Positions 30,923-44,349 of a DNA stretch of 64,000 nucleotides are shown here, piece after piece. Position 1 is the first letter of the stretch; each line of letters opens with the position of its first letter. Source of the DNA: the human T2T-CHM13v2.0 reference genome, Homo sapiens; NCBI RefSeq assembly GCF_009914755.1, contig NC_060931.1. One strand, given 5' to 3'. The position numbers were made by a program, and so were the translations under genes. Below the pieces are notes generated by a model, which did not search any database, had not been told where the DNA came from, and saw only the letters and a program-made list of their open reading frames with translations.

Positions 30923-32451
30923 TGTTGCCAGATTAATATTTCTTTGAATCATTTCAGCATGTAAGATCCTGTTCTTTTTTTGTTTGTTTTAGATGATAAT
31001 CAGGTTTAATCACATTTAAGGAATACATGTAGGGCAAATATCTATAGATTTTTTCAAAATTACATATCATACAAATAATAATGTAGGAAACAAAAAAATA
31101 TATAACTCTTTCATATTAAGTAAATGAGTCTTAAAAAGGATAAAGGCCATCACAGGGTTTTATTTTTTACTTCAAATCATAGTATTGGGTGATTGAGTTA
31201 AATTAAATTATGAGATAAATGATGCCTCCAAAATTAAATGTGAATATATTCACTAGTGCTTCTAAGAGGAGGGGCTTATTTAAAGAATGACAAAATGTGG
31301 AAGCACTCTTTATATCGTTTTTGAAACCTAAATAAAAGTTTCAAAGTTAGCACCAAGTAGTTACTCTTCATTAACTATTTGTTCATTAGACATATAATTA
31401 TGAAAGGCCTTCTGTATGTCAGCCAAGGCATCAAATTGAGGTGCTTGGGTCTGAGTTAGGATGGGAGATACAGAGTGACAAGAGAGTACACGGGATGAAA
31501 TCACCGTGCCCAGGGAGCACTGTGGAGCGCTTACTGGCAGTCTCTACTTTTGATCCTCTGTTTTAAAGTACTTGCTCTTAATAGTTTCAACTCTAATATA
31601 ATAGTTTGGTTTAGCTAGATGGTTTCAACTCTAATTTTGTCTCAGGGACTTGACACTAAAATAGCAATTGCACATATATTCTCTTTGTAAAGGAATACAA
31701 ATCTGTAAAAGATGCTTTAATGTTTTTGTTGTACATTTTCAGTTATTGCTTATAAGTCACATAATTGTAATTTGAGTTGCACCATCCTAGTTGATGAAGC
31801 CATACAACTAATTACAAGCTTCAGAGAACTGACTTTTTGATTAGCAAGTAAATGTTATATACAAGCACAGGGATTATGAGCTAGGATCACAAAGAAAATT
31901 TTACTTCTTAAAGTAAAATTAAAACCTTCAAAAATAAGGATTTATTGAAATTATACATTGGCTTATTTTGACACAATGCTGCCAAGGTTTAGTCATCACT
32001 AACAGAATTACCTTAAGCAAAAACAACCTATGATATATCTGATTGTCTTTTAGACTCTAAACATTTACTTAGAAGGGAAAAATAGTCATTATAGCTGTGT
32101 CAATATTGAAAAGATGTCAGTTTAATTATGATTTGTGGTGGATTTTTTTTCTTACATACTACCTAGTCATTAAAGAGATTTTTTTTAAATATTCATTTTT
32201 ATTCCTAATTGATAAAGAATTTAAAGAGACAGAATTTCCCTTAATTCAATCTAAAAACACGAAAAACAAGACAAAATCATTTTTAAAGATCCGCTCTTAT
32301 TCTTACATAGAATTGGCAAAATTTTCAATAATCTTTTGAAGTGTTATATGTATATATATATCACATTATATATAATCTTTATATAATGCGATATATAATG
32401 TACAATATACGCACATATATAACAGCATTCCACTATTTTCATATTTTTCTA

Positions 32452-32472
32452 GTCTCTTTCTCTCTCTCTCTC

Positions 32473-32507
<35 letters not shown>
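32452..32507. repeat. (TC)n(TG)n microsatellite
   Basis: Read directly. Confidence 0.92.
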
Positions 32508-32510
<3 letters not shown>

Positions 32511-35099
32511 GATGCATGTGGAGGGGGAAAATAGTAAGAGAGAGAAAGACAGAGACACACGCAGTTATATAAAGGGAAAAATAGAGATGTCAACTATAGG
32601 GTCATTGGGTATAGAATAAGATATGTTTCACATACAGGCTGAAGTTCCAGCATTGTTGTACAAGAGCCCAAGAGGTACCTGTGTTCCTTGGATTATTTTA
32701 GTGGCCTAGTCAGTACACTTTGAGATTGCGTCACTATTAGACAAAAGTCACACCATATAGTTAAAAATATAATGTCCACATTATCTATTAAAAGTCAGCC
32801 CTCAGGATCAATAGTTAATATGAACAATTTTGAGACAGTGATTATTAATATTCTTACTGCCTTTTGAATTTATCAGCAATAAAATGCCACATAAATCTTC
32901 TTACACTGTAGTGTGTCTTGCACACAGTATCCTGACATATTAAAAGTTGCATGAAACAGCACACAACAAAGCACATGGCCCTGTTTCTAAAAGCTGATGC
33001 AACCGTATTTGTCCTTTAGAAAGTCATCCACAGATATTTTTCCTTCACTTATCAAAGAGAGTCATACCAGAAACAGAGATGCCATTGCCTAATGGCCAGA
33101 TTTTAATTGCTCTGAAATATTCCCACAAAACACTAATTCTTAACTAACCTTGTGCTGATGCACCAGATACAGATTTTAAGGATATAATTTTGGTGGGTTG
33201 TGGTCTTTGGGACCTTAGAGCCTTGATATCAAGGACTGCAAATATGCAGAGAGCTTACTGTTGCTGTCTACCCACGTGCAGGAGACATCAGAAATCAAAC
33301 GGAGATCTTTTCTGTGGATCCAGAAGAACCTAAGAATTCCTCTCAACTTACTTATTCAGGGTATAGCTAGTAATTGAACAATTATTAAACAATACTTGCA
33401 AATTGGTTTTAATTTGAGTGCTAATTCTTACAGATCTAGTTGATAACAGAAAACTGGCAAACAGAAGTAAATAAATTTATAAAATGTCTTCACTTGGAAA
33501 TAAGAGTTTATGGGTCAACACTGTTAAACAAGTATGTCTCATAAGCCAGTCCTCATATTCTATAATTTACTGACCCATATTAGTATATTTATGTTGCCTT
33601 TATAGTATTTCACAATTGATTATTTCCAAAGGATTAATTTTTTCATGCTAACCTTGGAAGGCTCAAATATTATTATCTAAACATATATCTGTATATTTTC
33701 TTTTAGAGTTGTATAGCTTACTAGTATGAAAAGAGACCATATTATTGAAATAAAAATTGTCTTCAGTGCCTCCTTAAATAGGCTTTGTGCATAAAGTTAT
33801 AGTTTAAACATATTCTTAAAAAGATTTAATAATACTTTTTTATGTAAATATAGTGTAAACTGTCTGAATTTATATTGATTTTATTTACTTTTCTCTGTCC
33901 AAAATCCAAAACAACTTTTTGTCCTTTTAATATTATTTTTACTTCATTTTGAAAAAATACTTAGAAGGGACTCATAAAATATTGCAGTATCCCTAACAAT
34001 TGTTGTTTCACTTATCTTTTAGTAAGGTGAAAATGTCAGACAATTAATTTTTAATTATTCAGTGTTAGGCAAGTTACAGAAACATTCAAATAATGATAAG
34101 ACTTTATAACAACATCCAAAGGAAATTCTAATTATATCTGCTCTTTGTTTCATCTTTGGAGAAGCAATTTAATTGACTCAAGTTAGCAAGTGCAAGGTCA
34201 GTCAAATGCCCCTCAGCCTAATTCAGAGATGTCAAAACAACTGAATGAGACACACAAAAGGAAGTTGAAACTTATTCATAAAAACCTAATTAAAGACAAA
34301 AATTCAGAACCCTTGAGATAGTGGCCATCTCTTTCAAAAAACAGGATACAAGTTTTTAAATGGCTTTAAAGAAAAAAATGTCACTCTGAATGCTATATGA
34401 TACAAGGATTTGAACAACTAAAAGAGCAATGGTTACTCTGGGTTCCCAGGACAGGGAGGTGTTTTCCTGTTGCAAAACAAGAGCAACAGCGCCAAAGGTA
34501 AAGCTTGCGCAGTGGGTATTGGCCTGGCCTAGATAGAAATTGTTACAGAAGGGAAGTTTAATTCTCCATTTTTGTTTTGTTTTGTTTTGTTTTAGATTTT
34601 TATATAAGGGCAGGCCTACAAATTTTCCAAGAAAATGTGCTTCAATACAGAAGATGGAGTTCCAGGCAAAGTCTAAAGTGGTCTTTTCCATGATTTTTCT
34701 GCATGAAGCCTTGGGTGACAATTGTCTTTCCCTTTCCCTTTTCCCGACTCAGCTCAGAAGCCTCGCTTGCATTTTAGCTTTCTTCCACGAATCATCTCTG
34801 TCTTCTACTACACTTTTGCTTATCACATCCATTTGCACTTTCTTTTTCAAAAGTAAGTTTAGTTTGAGACCTTTTTCCAGGTGTAAAGATCAATTAAATG
34901 CAGTGCAATCAGAACACGTGAATGTGAGTCCCTACTGCATCGCCGCTTGGTTTGTGACCTTAGGTAGGTGTGAATCTCAGCAGCCCAGCCTTAAAACACA
35001 AATCATCTCCACCAAGTTAATACTCATTTGAAAGAAACTTGCAGTAAACATTTCTTGAGCTTTTTTGTGTATGCCAGCTAATGCTGCTCTTTAAAATAA

Positions 35100-35440
35100 T
35101 ACTTCATTATTATCTTCTAGGTAGAGCTTGTTCTACCTAAAATACATCTGACCTCTTCTAGATGATCCCTTCTTATAAATACCTGTCAATTTTATTATCA
35201 TCTCCCCAGAAAGGTCTTTTCTAATAACCAATCTGAAGTAGTTTCCCAGGAACACCACACATTTTTTAACATAATACTTCGCAATAAGTGCTATTTTGTT
35301 TCCTTTTCTCCATTAACTCTCTATTCCCAAATTGAAGACACTATGAGCATGAATGTCTGACCTGTTTTATTTTTCACTATATTCTCAGCATCTAGAAGAG
35401 TATCAGGAATATAGTAGAACCTCAATAAATATGTATTGCA
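35100..35440 (+). mobile_element. L2 3' end interrupted by AluJ
   Basis: L2 terminus agcatctagaagagtatcaggaatatagtagaacctcaataaatatg. Confidence 0.7.
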
Positions 35441-35441
35441 A

Positions 35442-35764
35442 GGCCGGGTGCCATGGCTCATGCCCTGTAATCCTAGCACTTTGGGATTACAAGTGAGGTG
35501 GGCAGATTTCATGAACCCAGAAGTTTGAGACCAGACTGGGCAACATGGCAACACTCTGTCTCTATGAAAAATAATAATAATAAAGTTAGCTGGGCATGGT
35601 GACAAGCACCTGTAGTCCCAACTACTCAGGAGGCTGAGGTGAGAGGATTGTTTGAGCCCAAGAAGTTAAGGCTGCAGTAAGCCGAGATCACATCACTGCA
35701 GTCCAGCCTGGGTGACAGGAGTGCGAACCTATCTCATAAAACAAACAAACAAAAAAACACCTAC
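35442..35764 (+). mobile_element. AluJ
   Basis: J diagnostics (aggattgtttgagccc, aggctgcagt), TSD AAATATGTATTGCA. Confidence 0.92.
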
Positions 35765-36828
35765 AAATATGTATTGCATGAAAGAGAGAGAAATGCTAAT
35801 ATACCATACAAATTAATATAAATCTAAGAAGTCCACAAATGGTCAGTAATTTAGAACCTGTGGTCCAATTACTCTTGCGGATGGACTTCAAACTTTTGTA
35901 GTGAATACTATTCAACACCTCTAATCCATGACTTACTGAAGTTTAGTAAGCACTGATGTCTGGTGTCAAGGAACATTGCTTTTTCTTCCTACCACCTTTA
36001 GCACCTGGCACAGAATCTGGCATGGTGAGCGCTCAATAATTATTCTTTGAAAAGTAATCTGCAGAGTTTCCCATAGAATTGGACACAGAGAAGGAGTTCT
36101 TGTGAGAGTTCTGGCGAGGTCTGAGCAGTCTGACAACATCCTGACAGTCCATTACAGTAACCAGATGGGACCTGCACATCAGCACCCGGGCTAGGGAGCC
36201 AGCACATCCATGAACGAGTCGATTGTTTTAGCTCTGTGATTACTAGACAGCATATGCTCGGCAGGCAATGGAAACAGATTAATCACATGAAACTAAGCAG
36301 GGTGTCTTATAGCAAAAGTTAATTTATTAGGATGTCCACATGCTTTCCAAGTATTTCTATTTTCTTAATTTCAAGTATTAAATAAGAATTAAAAGACTGA
36401 TGATTTTGTTTTACAAATAATTTGATTTTAAGTGAGAAGGTTATTTATTCTTTTCTTTTCCCACTATGTAATAGACTTCTTAGAAGCTAAAGCATTAGAC
36501 AGAAATGTCTTACTCAGCCATAGAGTAAGTTAATAGAACTGGAGTCAGAACATCATTCTGATTTATAATAGTATTTTTGCTTATACTTAATATCAAACAA
36601 GCAAGTGTAGAGTCCTCATGTATCAAAACTCTTGTTCTAGACTTCCTTAAAGAAAGGGAAATAACAAAGCTCTTTTTATGTTAGACAAAGAAGGGTGTTT
36701 AAATATTCCACTGGAAATTATTATATGTAAAATTATAAATTCATTTAGGTTAGTTATTTTCACAATATAAATGCTCAAACATAAAGGTGTAGCATTATGG
36801 ATTTCAAGTAATCTTTACAATTACATGC

Positions 36829-37086
36829 AAAAAGAAAGAAGAAAGAGAAAGAAAGAAACGAAAAGAGAAAAGGAAAGAAAGAAAGAGAGAGAGAAAGGAA
36901 GGAAGGAAGGAGAGAAAGAGAAAGAGAGAGAAAGAGAGAGGGAGAGAGGGAGGGAGGGAAAGAAGGAAGGAAGGAGGGAAGGAAGGAAGGAAGGAGGGAA
37001 GGAAGGAAGGAAGGAAAGAAGGAAGGAAGGAAGAGAAGGAGGGAGGGAGGGAAGGAAGGGAAGGAAGGAGAAAGAGAGAAAGAAAG
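36829..37086. repeat. Polypurine (GAAA)/(GGAA)/(GGGA) composite microsatellite
   Basis: About 258 nt, almost exclusively purine on + strand. Confidence 0.95.
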
Positions 37087-37802
37087 CCAACAAATAAATG
37101 CTTGAATAATATAGACACAAAAGCAGTACTCAGCTTGGTAAGCCATACGTCATTCTCTTTGTGACCCTTTGCTTGCATCCTGGTTTAGAGACTTGTTCCA
37201 TCCCTGCAGGTTTGAACCGCTTCCAAAATAAGTAACATTTTCATATGGAAGGATCCCAACAATTCATTAACTCAAAAGTCCAACTAAGTAACATAACCAA
37301 ACAGAGAGTATTGCATATTTTTTTTTACCATCAACTATGACTCCATTAAAAAAAAAAGAGTGAGAAAGAGGGAGGGGAAGACTTTCAGCTTGTATACATT
37401 ATTCTTGAAGTTTACATAGAGAGGGCTCTGGATTTTATATGAATTATTACTAGGACTACTTAAGGCTGGCTGAAGTAGAGAATGTTCACTTGTAGTCAAA
37501 CTGACAGTTACTATGTCGTTTCGAATAATTTGTTTAGAAACCGTGGGTCCTTAAACCATATTGTACAAATGTCAAACACATTCATTATTATAATGTCTAC
37601 ACTGAACAGGCTTCTAATGCATCACTTGTAAATGAATGATAAATAGATATAAATGTCTATTCACAGTTGGCCACCTTTCCGAAGGACTATTAAAGTTCTT
37701 CTTTTATATACTTTCTCTGACTCAGGAGATAGAGTAGGATGTTAAGGGCTGGGGCAGGAAAATGCAGCTCCCTTAATTTAAACTATGAGAAATCTACATA
37801 CA

Positions 37803-37834
37803 ATCACTTCTGGCCTTTTGGCTAAGATCAAGTG
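37803..37834 (+). pseudogene. U2 snRNA 5' fragment (nt 1-33), tailless retropseudogene
   Basis: atcacttct-ggccttttggctaagatcaagtg versus U2 ATCGCTTCTCGGCCTTTTGGCTAAGATCAAGTG; flanking direct repeat AAATCT(A/G)CATACA. Confidence 0.93.
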
Positions 37835-39044
37835 AAAAATCTGCATACAGAATAGACAATAGACTCTTTTCTGCTCCATTTCTCAAACATATTTTTCCCC
37901 ATTCGAACTGAACAACAAGGAAACAACAAACCCCAAGTTCCAAATTTAAATGCAAACATTTTAGATTAACCAGTTAACATTAATCCAAATTTTACTCATC
38001 CGTCTTGTACTAGTTCAAAACCATGAACAACATGTAGTTGTTTTCCTCTCTCTGTATTTCTACCATATGTGATCTGTCTCATTATTTTGGACATTTAAAA
38101 TTTTCTAACTTTCCTTGTAACTGTATTATGCCTTGTCTCCCTAACTAAGATTAGAGCAATGACAAGATCTGAGTTTTATATTCTATTACAATATGCTTAG
38201 TGCTAATAATAGATACTCAATGGATTTTTGTTGAACTAAATGAAAAAGAAATGCTGGCTCAAGTAGAAGGGCAAAAGAAAAAAATATTCAAAGTGTAGTC
38301 ACTTATAAAGTATCCCAAGTTTTATTTCTATAATGCATATAAGTTGTTTCGGCTGCAGAGACTGACAAAACCAAACCAATAAAAGTGGCATTATTTTATG
38401 TATAATTACACTAAGATATATATTAAATGATGCTTAAGTCATATTTAGTTATTTGATTTTTTAAAAAATATGTTTTCTGTACATTAACTATTTAGTGAAT
38501 AATGCTAAATACTATGACTATAGAATAACATATTATGTAAGTCTTTGAACCAAGTTATAAGACACTCTTTCTTATCAATGTCACACCCCTAAAACAGTCA
38601 AAATACTAAAGGGAGAAAACTTATATGTTTTCAACATAATTAAAGAGATTTGCAGCAGACCAGATTTCATGAAGTTTATATTAAATCATGAATCGAGAAA
38701 ACTTTTGCAGAGGCAAATAAACTCTTGTACAAGCAAAATAATTATTTATGAGGATTAGCAGATTTTTCAATTTTTACTACACAAGATGAAAAAAATACTG
38801 GAAACAAATACTTTCCAAGGCTATCTACTGAAAGAAAAATAAATTCTTCCAGATAATTTTCTTGTAGAACTAGCTAATCTTTGTAAGTCTTTCCAAATAG
38901 GCAATATATATACCTCTTTTTGTTTGGCTGAGAAAACTTTTATGTTTCCCTTGGGTTACCTTTGTTAAATTGAAAAAGAAAAAATCAGTCTTCTAAGTCA
39001 ATTAATTTTTAAAGAAAGTTTGTTTTCTGTTCCCTCTGTAAGTG

Positions 39045-39500
39045 TAGTATTCAAAGTGTTTCGTTCCTAAATATTCCTTCAACTTGAGGTGACTGATATC
39101 AGCAACTTATAGTTACCCTCCTTTCCTTGCAAGTTTGAGAGTTGAAACTAATATATTTCTGGCCAACGAGATGAAAGAGAGGGTTTTGCAAAGTTTTTTT
39201 GCTCCTAAAAAAGAGATATAAGTGATGATCTATTGTTCCATTTGTATTTCTTTGTCTGGATGTGACCCATGAAGACTGTGGCAGCCATCTTGCTACCAAC
39301 CTAAAGATAATGCCAATCCCAAGAGTGGCCGACAGAGAAAGAACCGGGTCCTCGATAACATCATTAAGCAGATGATATTTTCATCTTTGTAGTCACTCAA
39401 ACTCTGAACATATTCATATTATATAACAAATTTTCTTATTTTTAAGCCAAATTCAGGTGTCTTTTATTCTGTTAGCTATCTATTCCACGCTAATTGATAA
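39045..39500 (+). mobile_element. MLT1 (J/K/L-like) MaLR LTR
   Basis: Motifs ttctggccaacgagatg, ctgtggcagccatcttg, agaaagaaccgggtcctcgataacatcatt, tttaagcca. Confidence 0.7.
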
Positions 39501-39569
39501 AAGTAATATAGTGGTTTCTTACTCAAAAAAGGAAAACTAACAAAATCACAAATTCAAAATTTAAAGAAA

Positions 39570-40230
39570 CACACTACTTAGTGTATTTTATGTATCAGAC
39601 ATTGTGCAATGCACTAAAAGAGAATCAGAAGTGCATAAAAATCATCCCCTTATTCAAGGAATGTATAATGTGGATGAAGGCATACTGACACAAATGAATA
39701 CTGACAACACTATCAGCTAGGACATCTGACATTGGCATAAATATATAAAATGCTCCTGTAAACGTGAAGAACACTTAAATTTCCCGAGGGTGAGGTGAAG
39801 CCTTGGAGAGCAAAAGGTGAAAAAAATATAATTCGATAAAGCCTTTCAAGAATGAAGAGCAGTGAAATGAGCAAGAAAGTGAAATCCAGGAAGTTTTAGA
39901 AAAGACACAGAACTTGATAGTAAATTATCTATTTTATGAAGAATAAACAGGGTGCTTTGAGTAAAGGAGAAAGAGAGGGTGGGGAGAGAGAAGCAGAAAA
40001 TAGAGTGCATGTGAGAGAACAATGAATAGTTAACAGTGAGACTGGAAACAGGGTTGCAATGGGCTAGGAAGAGCCTTAGAAGTCAATACTAAGAAGCCTG
40101 GAGTTTATTCAAGTTCCTAAGAAAAACTGCCAGAGTTGTACAAGTGAGTGAGATACATTCAGACTTTTAATTTTGTGACGATAACTCTTACCGTTGTGGT
40201 GAACAGATTAGATAGGAGAAAAGGATAAAC
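39570..40230 (-). mobile_element. L2 fragments
   Basis: Antisense L2 terminus (tatgtatcagacattgtgcaatgcact) and body motifs. Confidence 0.55.
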
Positions 40231-40289
40231 TAAGTTAAAAATGGTATTATCACTCACACTAGAAAAATATATTGAAATATTTGCCACAT

Positions 40290-40462
40290 TATCAGCTTGG
40301 CCTGTCAGCTGAGGCTTTTGCTGGGGCTACGTCACAGCTCAATTCTCCCTTTGCCTAATACTGCTTCCTAGCTTTCCTCCCACTGGGCTGATTCCAAGAA
40401 CACTCACTTATGAGCTAATCTTCATCTCAGAGTTGGCTTCTGGAGAAACTGAACCTACAACA
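40290..40462 (+). mobile_element. LTR16-like ERVL LTR 3' part
   Basis: ctaatcttcatctcagagttggcttctggagaaactgaacctacaaca terminus. Confidence 0.6.
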
Positions 40463-43400
40463 AAAGTGTCATAACTGGTAAATACAGTTCTTGATCCATG
40501 TCCTTCTCTTACAATGTGATCACTTCTGGTTCTGATTGTTCCATTTTGATCTAGTGTTGGGGGAATGGACTGTCAAATCAATGGGCATCATCTTTCCAGA
40601 CCCCGTCCCAGAGAAGGAGTCCACGAGTATTCCCTAGCCGAAGAGAGGCCTTACGGACCAACTTTGGAATCGTTAAGCTTCGGGATAGTTAAGTTGTGAG
40701 GTGTCACATCCTTGCAATGTGTGCTTATACTTGCTTTTAAGTCTAAGTCCCTATAGAAATAGTCCTTCCTCTCAAAAAAATTTTCAAAAAAGACAAAAGG
40801 TCATAATATCATCCATCTTCTTTTAATACCAGAGAATTTAAAAAACAAAGAAATAAAAAACAACTCAGTCTACTTAATTTTTATTTTCTAGATAGTGGAA
40901 ATGTTCCCCAAAAATCTAATTAATTTTGACTTTCTTCCTCTGCAATCATTTATTTGTCAAATATTTACTAATTATATACCTGCGCTATTCACTCTAGTAG
41001 ACTCAAAATCTAGTCTAAACAAGAGTAAAGATAGTAAAAAGATATTATTAAATGATTATTACAAAATGAATTTTGTGAAGGATTTTGCTATAATTTCTGG
41101 TGATTCTGCACTAAATGCCCATGGCAAATATGAATGATAATGGCCTTTTTTTCAGTAGGCACAGCCTTGTTTGTACAAAACCTCCAAGTTCACATATATT
41201 GCAAATTTTGCTAACTTCAATTGAGTATTTTCTACAGATTTTTTTTTTAACTTTCCAAGGGAAAAAAAAATCCCAACCAGTCACTGATAACTCAATTATA
41301 TGTTGTAGATTGCTTTAACCCTAAAGAGTACAAAGGACAGCCTTCAGCCCCTCAGAGTCCCAACATGTGTGGTTTCCTCCGCAAAAGAGTTTGGATCTTT
41401 GCCGAGGGGCACTGAGCCAATGAAAACCAAGTGGGTCTAAACCTAAAGTACTGCATTTTGACACTTATGTGCTACTGTGGAGTATCTTTAGCAATAGAGT
41501 GATTTATATAAATTGGAATGGTGGATACCTATATAACATAAATTATTACCTTTGCATACATAATCCCCTTATGAATTATACATTTTATAGAGATATAAAG
41601 AAATATCAGTTATGTAGATAACATCTAATTTCATAATGTATTCAAACAACTTTATTTTAATAATATCATAAGATAAATTGATACTTCATAAACATTTACT
41701 TTTTAAAATATTAGCACATTTCATGCATGGAACATCGCCAAAGAGAGATTTGCTTAAAATAGTCACAGCAGGAAGTTATAAGAATTTATTTTAAGCAATG
41801 ATCTAATACACTCAGTTCAGATAAAGGGAATTTTTCTTCCAATCCCTGAAGGCAGAGAACAGAACAAGAACAAATTCCCTTAAAAGTATGAATTGCTTTT
41901 TGCTAGTATGGTAAAACTGAGACATATTTGGAAAAAATGCCTTTTAAGCTATGCAGCATCTCTTAAAGCAAAATTGCAAAGTTAGCTAAGATTTTTTTCC
42001 TTGGCCACTTTCATAAAACACGTCATCCCCTGCTAAGATATTTACTGAAAATTAAGATGTTACTTGATGCCATCAATTGGCTCGTACTAGGAGTATGAGT
42101 ATTTTTAAAAGAAATTCCTGAAGAAAAAAATACAGCCTTAAGAAAAAAATGGAATGGAGCTATAATTTTAGATTAGAATGGAGGACAAACTTTCAAATTC
42201 TAGTACATAATCAACTGCTTATTTTATTTTATGTTAAACAATATCCAGGCTACCAGATACTTTAATTTTTTTAAAGATAATCATATGAGGTTTTTAGTGT
42301 GTTTGGATTAACAGAAGTCAAAAACAATTGCTAGCAGTATTTTAGCCCTCATTTTTTCATCCAAAAACACAGATTACATGAAATGTATGTGTATACATTT
42401 GCAGAAATAATTTCTTTATTAAGTATGAGCCTTTATAAGAAATAACTCCTTTTCCTTTGGTAGGCCTTAAAAATGTGTGAAAGAATTACTTAAAAGTTAA
42501 TTGACTAAAAACCAAATATCATTGTTCTATTTCAGAAGTGAAGTAATATTACTACATATGAAGATAAATATTTTGTGTAGACTAAAGCCCTGAGAACAAA
42601 TAATTCTAAAATAATTGAACAACTGATATTTGGCTATTAAATCTCACAATTAGAGGGTTAAAGTGGTCATTGTAGATTAATACTGTATGTAGCTTCAAAG
42701 TCCAAAGTCCTAGGATGGCCTATAAATAATTCTCTTTGAAGAAGAAGAACTCAATATTGGTAACTATTGGATTTAAACCGTGCAACTGCTCCTAATCTTT
42801 TTTTTCAATACTTCTGACAAAGATGGGTTAAAAAGACAATAGAAGATGTTTCAAAGATGCAGAAGAGATCTGATATTATGTAATCTTATCAGCCACTCGA
42901 TCTCTGCCAGTCTTAGCATCTATCTCTGCTTGCATAGATATTGATATTTGCTAAAGTACTAGTTAATAGACAATGTCTAAAGTGTGGCACCCTTTCCTCC
43001 GGGTTTCACACTGGTGGTTGAAAATGTAGGACATAGTAGTAATTGCCTTAAGAATTTTAAAGTACTAGTGTATGTTTCTTTGTCATGGTGAGATTGTCTT
43101 AATGAACCCATAGTTGGGGAATTATTTATCTTTACTTGCTGAGAGTGATTGACTTGTAGGAGAAACCTGTTCAGATGTGAAATGAGAGTTTGGAAAAAGC
43201 AGTATGGTGTTTGTTATTATAGCCACATTATCATTTGAAAGTATGCTTATTTGTGAACTGAAAGTTAATAAAATTTAATTTTACAACTATTGTTAGGATA
43301 TAAATATTCATTCTTGATGTATAACTAATTTGTCATTTCTTCAGTCTCAAACTTTCCATTTCTATTATATGGCCTAGTGTATATTAACTAATTTTTTATG

Positions 43401-43621
43401 TTTTCATTTATATTTTCAAAGCTTTTATTATATTTATTCACTCTAAATAAAGAACATGCATATGTACTTAAATCCATAAAAATCCAGAATGTGTATCAGA
43501 GGCAATATATTCTTTATGCTGCTTTTTGACATGTATGTGATGCACTGCATTTGACACTGTGTCCCTTAAAACAAAGCAAAACAAAACGGGAGAAGAAGAG
43601 AGATGAAAATAAATGAATTTA

Positions 43622-44056
<435 letters not shown>

Positions 44057-44349
44057 CTATATGTAATTACAGTTTTCAACGTAATTATTTAGAAATAGAT
44101 GTAATATATTATATTTGTACCTTAACACAATATTTATGTGTGAAAAACACACAGTATTAAAATGAATAAAAAACATGTAAATATACAAAAAATTAAATAC
44201 GAAATATTTTACAACCCTGTGTTCACATTCTTAAATTATCATTTAAAGCATCTATATATATTAATATTTGCAAATCTATAAAATTAATTAATGTATACAA
44301 AGTAAACATCAAATCAAGTGTATCATAAATCTCTTAGCATTTTTTTCTA

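Noticed and set aside
31584-31635. 14-bp direct repeat GTTTCAACTCTAAT
   Set aside because: Short local slippage duplication with no further structure.
34356-35031. Longest ORFs here (163 aa on +, 121 aa on -)
   Set aside because: No recognisable domain, non-ATG start for the + ORF, and composition typical of intronic DNA.
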